Positions 48,088 through 54,340 of a DNA stretch of 54,340 nucleotides are shown piece after piece. Under the pieces are notes generated by a model that was given only the letters and a program-made list of their open reading frames with translations, was not told the origin of the DNA and did not search any database. Where the stretch lies: NCBI GenBank assembly GCA_016839365.1, contig JAEOUH010000022.1:1-54340 (forward strand). Reading direction: 5' to 3'. Numbering within the stretch: position 1 is the first letter of the stretch; every line of letters starts with the position of its first letter. The translations under genes and the position numbers were made by a program. This DNA is from Candidatus Hermodarchaeota archaeon (GTDB lineage: Archaea; Asgardarchaeota; Hermodarchaeia; Hermodarchaeales; Hermodarchaeaceae).

Positions 48088-48459
48088 TTATTTTGCCGTC
48101 GAGTCGTACTGCATCATCCCCATAAGGTTTCCTTCAGTGTCTTTGAAGTAAACGTAATAGCCCACACCGGGAATAGTGATTTTTTCACCGATTATGGTGC
48201 CGTTGTTGGCTTTGATGAGCTTGATGTATTTGTCGATGTCTTCAACACCGATTACGTTGACCGTGGCTCCTTCTGGGAAATCCTCGCGCCGGGCAAATGA
48301 TCCATTAATCCCAGGCTCTGCATCATCACCTGTGATTAAGAACCAATGGTCGACTGGACCTTTCCATTTTTCAACCTTCCAGCCAAAGACGGTTTGATAA
48401 AACGCTGTTATCCGTTTGATATCATCAGCTGGAATCTCAAAATCGATAACTCTGGGCAT
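48088..48459 (-). CDS. VOC/glyoxalase family protein
   Basis: FEIPADD..FYQTVFGW, IPGVGYYVYFKDTEGN. Confidence 0.9.
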   Translation of the reverse strand: MPRVIDFEIPADDIKRITAFYQTVFGWKVEKWKGPVDHWFLITGDDAEPGINGSFARREDFPEGATVNVIGVEDIDKYIKLIKANNGTIIGEKITIPGVGYYVYFKDTEGNLMGMMQYDSTAK

Positions 48460-48533
48460 TACAAACCACATCCAAGTAGTGTATGAGGATTCTATTCTAA
48501 GTATCAACTATAGTATGTACCGGTCCCGGCATT

Positions 48534-49340
48534 CTATTGTGTCTTACGGGCGTAGCGGCTTTGATGTGGGATTTTTCCTACAGGAGAAAGATAGACCACG
48601 AATTCATCATTTCCATCTAACTCGAGTAACTCATCAAGCGCCTTTTGATCATATGCGGCAATGGCACACGTTCCTGCCCCTATTACCTCACAAGCTAGGT
48701 AGAGATTTTGGCAGATATGTCCGGCTTCAATTGCAGTCCCTTTGTGTGCAGCGACACTATACCGCCATTCGATTCGATATGGAATTACTGCCCAAATAAA
48801 CACCACCGCCGCACGGGCGACAAAGTTCTGTCTCAGACAGATGTTACTTAGCTGGGTTGCAAGATCAGGTTTCGCTGGAGAGAGGAATAGGAGTTTGTGT
48901 TCAAGAGCAAGGTACCGGTACATCCCAGGTTGAAGCCCAGACACGTGAAAGACCACTAGATAGGTTTCATATGGATGCCGGGATCCACCTGAAGGAACCG
49001 TTCGTTTTGTGGTTTTGATTCGCCCATGTCTACTATCAATCGCTACTTTATGGATTCCTTGGGTTACCCAGAGCAAAAACGAAAGTTCTTCGAGAGAAAG
49101 GGGCTCTTTAATATATCCACGATGACTTTTGCGACGGTTTATTGCCTCAAGCAATGGGATTGGGAACAAATCAAAATCTTGCGGGGCGACTAAGTCAATC
49201 ATCTGTGAAGCTTTCGAAAAGGGTTTCTGGAATGGAGGCGGAGGTAGACCCTTTTGTTGATCTGTAATGATATCGGGAGTTGATGTCCAATCATGTGCTT
49301 TGAGAAATTTACGACCTGCGTCCATCATTGATATCGCCAT
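48534..49340 (-). CDS. SagB/ThcOx family nitroreductase-like dehydrogenase
   Basis: RRKSHR, RTVPSGGSRHPYETY, EAGHICQNLYL. Confidence 0.9.
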   Translation of the reverse strand: MAISMMDAGRKFLKAHDWTSTPDIITDQQKGLPPPPFQKPFSKASQMIDLVAPQDFDLFPIPLLEAINRRKSHRGYIKEPLSLEELSFLLWVTQGIHKVAIDSRHGRIKTTKRTVPSGGSRHPYETYLVVFHVSGLQPGMYRYLALEHKLLFLSPAKPDLATQLSNICLRQNFVARAAVVFIWAVIPYRIEWRYSVAAHKGTAIEAGHICQNLYLACEVIGAGTCAIAAYDQKALDELLELDGNDEFVVYLSPVGKIPHQSRYARKTQ

Positions 49341-49423
49341 CGTTCTTTTGTTATCGGTTATTTGTGAGAAGAAAAATAAATAATGAGTACCCTGATGCAA
49401 AGTGATCTGGAGCATTAAACTAC

Positions 49424-49693
49424 ATGATACCATTCTCTGAAGTTTGGGAACGTATCGCTGAAAACGCAGGTAAGGTTTTCTACACCAAGAAGCGATTGAA
49501 ATTCACCTACAGCTTGAACGAAGACGCACTCATCACGGATCAAACTGAGTACCCATTAACCCGTAGGGAGGTAATGGCGGCTTTCCGACATGTCCCCCTT
49601 AAAGGACCCGGAGAGCTTACAGGTCTCGTTCACGGAAAAGATTACATTTGGGCTATCCTGCATGACAAACGTATCCGTCAGCAAGACTGGTAA
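49424..49693 (+). CDS. Small hypothetical protein
   Basis: 89-aa ORF with protein-like composition (FTY, GPG, YIWAILHDKRI), followed by a T tract. Confidence 0.7.
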   Translation: MIPFSEVWERIAENAGKVFYTKKRLKFTYSLNEDALITDQTEYPLTRREVMAAFRHVPLKGPGELTGLVHGKDYIWAILHDKRIRQQDW

Positions 49694-49768
49694 GCTTTTT
49701 TTGTTATTTTACAACTGAACAAATTTTTAACAGGTTTTTTATCACATCATTAAGGTATGAAGATATAG

Positions 49769-50548
49769 GTGAGATTTTTGGGACTCGTAAGAACCCCTGA
49801 AGAGTTGAAAAAACGCAAGCAGCATTACGCCGAAGGTTCGATGGTCTGTGACACAAAGATGGTCTTTGCTTCATTCCTCACTGATCCCAAAGTTGTAAAA
49901 CGCGTATTACCCCCACCCCTCGAACCTACACCGCTCCCAACCGGCTTAGTCTATGTTGCAGAATTCGGGAAAGCTAATTTTAGCGAACCTTACAATGAAG
50001 CAGCAGTTTTTCTCTCGGCCCAATACAAAGGCGTGATTGGGAACTATTGTATATCGATGCCAGTCAACCTAGATACACCCATGTGGCTAGGCCGAGAAAA
50101 TCAAGGATACCCAAAGAAAATCGCCGAATTCATTGCTGTCGAAGAACGTGGTAACTATGTGACCGGCACTTGTGTCCGACGTGGTAAACGCATCATTACG
50201 CTTACGCTTCAACTCGAAGGTCCCTTGAAACAGGAACTCCCCAAAACCGCTACTTATAACATAAAAGCCGTCCCTAGTGTGACCGGTGAAGGGTTCGAGT
50301 ATCCTCCTGTGCTTATCCGCCTGGAAAACGACTTTCGTTGGAATACTCCGGAAATCGGTAAAGGACGTCTCACCTTTGGGAAATCAACATATGACCCAAT
50401 CTACGAAATTCCTGTGAAAGAAGTAATTCTAGCAGGATATGGTAGCCACATCGAAATCTGGACTCAACCCGGAGAAGTCGTAGCCGAACTTGATCCACTC
50501 GAATACGAAGCCTATTTCTGGAACAAACAAGATTGGGAATTGGATTGA
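49769..50548 (+). CDS. Acetoacetate decarboxylase family protein
   Basis: PYNEAAV, GRENQGYPKK (Schiff-base lysine). Confidence 0.85.
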   Translation: MRFLGLVRTPEELKKRKQHYAEGSMVCDTKMVFASFLTDPKVVKRVLPPPLEPTPLPTGLVYVAEFGKANFSEPYNEAAVFLSAQYKGVIGNYCISMPVNLDTPMWLGRENQGYPKKIAEFIAVEERGNYVTGTCVRRGKRIITLTLQLEGPLKQELPKTATYNIKAVPSVTGEGFEYPPVLIRLENDFRWNTPEIGKGRLTFGKSTYDPIYEIPVKEVILAGYGSHIEIWTQPGEVVAELDPLEYEAYFWNKQDWELD

Positions 50549-50550
50549 TA

Positions 50551-50577
50551 GAAGCGGCAAAGGATGCCTTCCTTTTT
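50551..50577 (+). terminator. Possible hairpin + T-tract terminator
   Basis: GAAG.GGCA..TGCCTTC followed by CTTTTT just after the stop codon. Confidence 0.4.
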
Positions 50578-50638
50578 CAATGACAGGAAACCAATTGCTA
50601 ATTTTATTCGGAGAGAGATGCTACCAGCATCCCGGTGA

Positions 50639-51037
50639 TTACCGCGCTTCGATGAGAGGCTGAAATTTCTGATAAAAGGAAAGATCTAAGATAAACAAGA
50701 ACGCCCCCTGGATAATGATTCCAATTCCATTACCAAGCATGAATTGGTCAACCCACAAGAACACAACCAATAACACACCGACCAACATGTACCCAATATC
50801 CAAGAAGACATTGATGCGAAGAAACCGAGCCACCTTATCAGCAGATTGCTCCTTTTGCCGGAAGATACCGACCAACGCGATGATAATGTCGATGATACCC
50901 CACAACAGAGCTTGGAGACCAACACCTTGCAGCAGGCTAACGGGCACCAGAAGGAGAATCACACCCACGATAATGCTAGCAATGCTCCAAGCGATTAACG
51001 CCCTTCCCAACTGACGAGCCAGCCTCGTTGTTTCCAT
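50639..51037 (-). CDS. 4-TM hypothetical membrane protein
   Basis: WGIIDIIIA, INVFLDIGY, GIIIQGAFLFILD; ATG at 51037. Confidence 0.75.
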   Translation of the reverse strand: METTRLARQLGRALIAWSIASIIVGVILLLVPVSLLQGVGLQALLWGIIDIIIALVGIFRQKEQSADKVARFLRINVFLDIGYMLVGVLLVVFLWVDQFMLGNGIGIIIQGAFLFILDLSFYQKFQPLIEAR

Positions 51038-51355
51038 ATTCGTACAACCTCCAGATACCAAGTCTAAGGATAGGAGGTTATGATTCGGGAATAAAATCCG
51101 TTTCGAATACACTAACAAAACTTGCTTCACACCGCTTACCAGGGACCATTGATTTGTGTAATTCTAGGAGTGGTGCTAACAGGAAGTATAATCCTAAATG
51201 TGTATCAGTATAGAAGTCACAAAAGAAAGCTTCCGAATCAAAAGACCAAAGAAGCGGAATAATCGTGACTGACTAATTCAATCTCATTTATCAAACAAAA
51301 GCTCCAACAAACAATCTATTCAGTCCCGATGAAATAATCCATGGTGACCTTACTT

Positions 51356-52003
51356 TTAGGGTAAAGCCGTGCCAAAATGGTACTTCTCTAATTCCATTTC
51401 CACCACACTCAATTGTGGGTGGAGCAACGCCTTGGCATCGGACAACTCCTTCACTAATCCTTGGGCTAACGCGTTCTGGAGCCCTTGAGACGCTTTCCGC
51501 AACAGGGATAAACGCAAATCCTTCCCCGTCATCCCACGCACGGCATGATACGTCTGATCAAGAATCGTGTCGACAGATGCAGCTATCCGACTAATGAGGA
51601 TCGAATTTCCAAACTCATCAACCGGCTCAACTTGCGACTTTTCAAAGGCTTTCAACGTCACCTTATCATCCATAATACCATGCATAATCACATAAGCGGC
51701 AAAAAATTGAGTTTGCCCTGTAGGATCAAACGCATCCAACATCCGCAAATCCTCCTCTAGATCCGCAACCAGCCTTCGCCAATCCTTCAACACTGCCTTC
51801 CGCGTTGTCTCCTCTGCGGTCACAAACTCCCGAATTTGCGGTAAGAATCCCGCAGCTACACGAGCCACAAACCGCTGGTATTCTTTCGGCTGTCTGGCAA
51901 ACGTTCTCCCCCGAAACCGCTGTTTTCGACCTTGTTTCCAATCCTGAATTAACCCATTAATCTGTTCATATGACACTGATTCATTCCCACTCATTCTTCG
52001 CAC
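51356..52003 (-). CDS. Hypothetical helical protein
   Basis: 215-aa ORF, no recognised motif. Confidence 0.65.
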   Translation of the reverse strand: MRRMSGNESVSYEQINGLIQDWKQGRKQRFRGRTFARQPKEYQRFVARVAAGFLPQIREFVTAEETTRKAVLKDWRRLVADLEEDLRMLDAFDPTGQTQFFAAYVIMHGIMDDKVTLKAFEKSQVEPVDEFGNSILISRIAASVDTILDQTYHAVRGMTGKDLRLSLLRKASQGLQNALAQGLVKELSDAKALLHPQLSVVEMELEKYHFGTALP

Positions 52004-52197
52004 TCAACCTTTTTAGAATAGGGTAAGACGGCAAGTGTGCGCCCATTCCTCAAGGAAATCTTAACCTTCATTACATTCAGGAAAAAGCAGAAACTACAAC
52101 CTGTATACTTATACACGAGCTAATTTTCTTAGTCAGTCCTTCGAATGAGAAAATACACAATGGAAGTGTTTTTTTTCTTACAATTCATTACCTCTTA

Positions 52198-52356
52198 ATG
52201 AAGACCATGACAGACAAGGACTTAACTAAACGTCGTTATCATCGATACGCCCGCTCCAACCGCCCAGACAAACGAAAAGTGACTGGCGAAGAACGGCTCG
52301 AAAATACCCGAACCAAATATCGACCCGTAACCTATCGAACCGGTCGTTGGGCATAA
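52198..52356 (+). CDS. Small basic protein (52 aa), below the ORF-track cutoff
   Basis: MKTMTDKDLTKRRYHRYARSNRPDKRKVTGEERLENTRTKYRPVTYRTGRWA*; T-rich TATA-like tract upstream. Confidence 0.5.
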   Translation: MKTMTDKDLTKRRYHRYARSNRPDKRKVTGEERLENTRTKYRPVTYRTGRWA

Positions 52357-52405
52357 CCGTACTCCAACACTATGCATCCTTATTTTTCGACTGTAGAGCA
52401 TTAAT

Positions 52406-52753
52406 ATGCTAGAATATATTCAACTAATACCTAGGGTATCAGTTGGAGAGAAGCGACGCCATGCACCCAAAAAAACCAGACGATATGTTGTCGTCCTCAT
52501 CGTCGCCATAGTCATAATCCTCGTGTTTGTAGTAATCAGCTATAACATATTAGGACCTATGTTCTGCCAGTCACCGTGTGAATGGGTCGTGACCTGAGGG
52601 AGTGGGTTCTGTGACTGCACTCCGAGACCCCCATGACCACCTGAGATAACCGGACTCCCCGAAGGCATCCCTGGCTACCCGGGGGAAGCCGCACTTTTGG
52701 GAATCCTGGTCGCAGTAGTCTTCGCCGTAACGATTTGCCACTGAAAACAGTAA
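52406..52753 (+). pseudogene. Surface protein with IPGY-type C-terminal sorting signal, interrupted by three in-frame TGA codons
   Basis: Same frame continues ...EWVVT*GSGFCDCTPRPP*PPEITGLPEGIPGYPGEAALLGILVAVVFAVTICH*KQ*. Confidence 0.6.
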
Positions 52754-52853
52754 AACATGATCTGTTACTATCCAGAGCTCATCCAGATAAAAGAACCTTC
52801 TCAAAGGGATCAAGTAATTAAAAGACAGTAGTATACTTTGATGAATTCTGTCC

Positions 52854-52881
52854 ATCTGCGAATATTATCATATTTGCAGAT
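52854..52881. repeat. 28-bp imperfect palindrome
   Basis: ATCTGCGAATAT-TATC-ATATTTGCAGAT, 11/12 arm match. Confidence 0.7.
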
Positions 52882-52949
52882 TTTTCTCAGGTCGATACGT
52901 CTTAACTGGGAATATATGATGATAATGGAACATATGTCAGATTACAAGT

Positions 52950-52983
52950 AAAAAGAAAGAAAGGTGCCCCCAATGGAGACACC
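52950..52983 (-). terminator. Hairpin + U-tract terminator for gene 53015..53392
   Basis: Minus strand GGTGTCTCC-ATT-GGGGGCACC-TTTCTTTCTTTTT. Confidence 0.65.
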
Positions 52984-53014
52984 CGTAAATTTTGCTAAGA
53001 TAACATAAGTTTGT

Positions 53015-53392
53015 CTAAAAATACTTCTTGACGAAGAAGAGGTAGATGACGATGATTAGTGGGATAATCATGTTAACAAGTTGGAAGTAATCCGTAAAAC
53101 CAGACATATAGAAGCTATAGATACTAAGTATTACCGAAATGAGGTTAATGATGAATGCGAGCCACCAAGCCCATCCTTTCAGACGCCAGAGCCCGATGAA
53201 GAGGATCAACCCAATGATACCAAAGATGAGCGCCATTGCACCTATTGCAATTAGAAAGATCCCAAAGAACGGAATAGCTAGACCAGCAAGAATGCCCATA
53301 ACTCCGGAGAAAAGCAGAAGCAGAGCAGCGATTAGTTGCAAAATAGCTAGGATTGTTACTCCAAGTGGACGTTCAGCCAATTTTTTCACCAA
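53015..53392 (-). CDS. Small 4-TM membrane protein (RPxGVTILA type)
   Basis: RPLGVTILAIL, GLWRLKGWAW, IIVIYLF..VKKYF. Confidence 0.8.
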   Translation of the reverse strand: MVKKLAERPLGVTILAILQLIAALLLLFSGVMGILAGLAIPFFGIFLIAIGAMALIFGIIGLILFIGLWRLKGWAWWLAFIINLISVILSIYSFYMSGFTDYFQLVNMIIPLIIVIYLFFVKKYF

Positions 53393-53524
53393 TTTATTAT
53401 AGATGAATTATTTCTTACCTTTCTTCAAGGGTAAGTGTTCCATATTCTATCAAACGCCTTAAAAACTCAAGTATTACTTGAAGAAATTCATAGAATCGGA
53501 ATAGGGTAAGCAAATTACGGGATC

Positions 53525-53749
53525 TTATTCGACCCGCCGTGCTTTGTAGAAAGCTAGGATTTGTGTTGTGTGTTGACCCGGATTATTGTCTATGGGTCAA
53601 TCGATGATGAATTGCTCCCAATCAGGGCTTGTGGTCATGCGGTACCAATCGTTATTGGGATCAGTGAAAGGATAACCTAACTCGTCCCATGGAAGACCAG
53701 AGGTCATGATGAGGAGATCTTCAACAGTAATAGCTTGTTTACGAGCATC
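53525..53749 (-). pseudogene. Internal fragment of an AmpC-like serine hydrolase
   Basis: DARKQAITVEDLLIMTSGLPWDELGYPFTDPNNDWYRMTTSPDWEQFIID*PIDNNPG; TGA at 53597-53599; aligns with HLLTMSSG..PDWVQYLLDSPMSNEPG of 45123..46289. Confidence 0.75.
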
Positions 53750-53929
53750 CAGAAAAGCATGAAGCCGAAAAACGGTAAAAGGTCAGAGAAGCTTTGAATT
53801 TCCTTCAAAGCAAGGAAAAGCCCTCGAAGTCATGGAATTCATACTTGATAAAATCAATTGCTATTTATTTTTCTTTAATATCACGTCAAAGAAAGGTAGC
53901 AATTTTACCGTCCAAGAAATAAATCAATT

Positions 53930-54229
53930 TTACAATGATTTAGATTTTATGTGCAGCTCTTGTACCAGCTGTTTATAGCGGCTTTGAATGGTATTGGCGG
54001 CCACCCCAATCACTTGGCTAATATCCCCCTGGGTCCGTCTTTCACCTTCCAAGATACAGGCAATATACAACGCCGCCGCCATGAGGCTTTCTGGCGCCTT
54101 CCGTGCCGTCAACCCCGCCTGCTCCGCATCCACCAGAATCGCTGCCGCACGCACCCGCGTCCGCGATGACAACTCCAACTCACCCACATACGGAGACAAA
54201 TCATACTTGGAAATTCTAGGACTTTTCAT
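53930..54229 (-). CDS. Stand-alone TFB/TFIIB C-terminal cyclin-fold protein
   Basis: GLTARKAPESLMAAALYIACILEGERRTQGDISQVIGVAANTIQSRYKQL; ATG at 54229 after GGGGTGA, TTTATAA upstream; no zinc ribbon or first cyclin repeat. Confidence 0.8.
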   Translation of the reverse strand: MKSPRISKYDLSPYVGELELSSRTRVRAAAILVDAEQAGLTARKAPESLMAAALYIACILEGERRTQGDISQVIGVAANTIQSRYKQLVQELHIKSKSL

Positions 54230-54340
54230 CCAATTCACCCCACCCATCGGGAGTGAAGCTTCCTTATAAACCGTCATATTTCTCCCTTTCGAAAAACAAG
54301 TTATCCTACAAATAGGATTCACAAGATGAGAAGAATTCGG

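Noticed and set aside
48534-49340. SagB-like gene as a RiPP (azole) cluster
   Set aside because: No YcaO or precursor peptide nearby; stand-alone SagB-like nitroreductases are common.
52690-52750. GGGAA...GCCACTG resembling a cobalamin riboswitch
   Set aside because: Other core elements are missing, and the stretch is better explained as the IPGY-TM coding relic.

Overview
Gene-dense archaeal chromosome segment, very probably from an Asgard archaeon (inference). It carries archaeal-type PheRS, AsnRS, ATP-dependent ligase, RNase HII and XPB/Bax1, plus eukaryotic-signature proteins: Rab-like and longin-Arf GTPases, longin/uDENN-like proteins and an MIT-domain protein. 1-3.3 kb is the end of a compositionally distinct sugar-modification cluster, 3.3-45 kb is core and signalling genes, and 45-54 kb is accessory with several decayed genes. 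I found no CRISPR array, rRNA, tRNA or transposase by eye. Main observations: (i) a three-gene cluster at 41.4-45.0 kb with an NPRL2/uDENN-like longin-wHTH protein, a longin-Arf GTPase and an apparently new longin + Cys4 + TFB-cyclin fusion that seems to start at ATT; (ii) same-polarity strand-asymmetry flips at about 22.68 kb (sharp, inside the Rab gene) and about 42.7 kb, independent of gene orientation, each with a shared GTRACCCGTT-N4-5-TCGGTTTT motif nearby; (iii) an MIT-PLD protein with MITD1-like architecture; (iv) a TrmB split by about 1,550 aa of helical sequence; (v) a TPR-CHAT lacking its catalytic His; (vi) an ACAD-SCP2-MaoC fusion. All assignments come from motif recognition; no searches were run.
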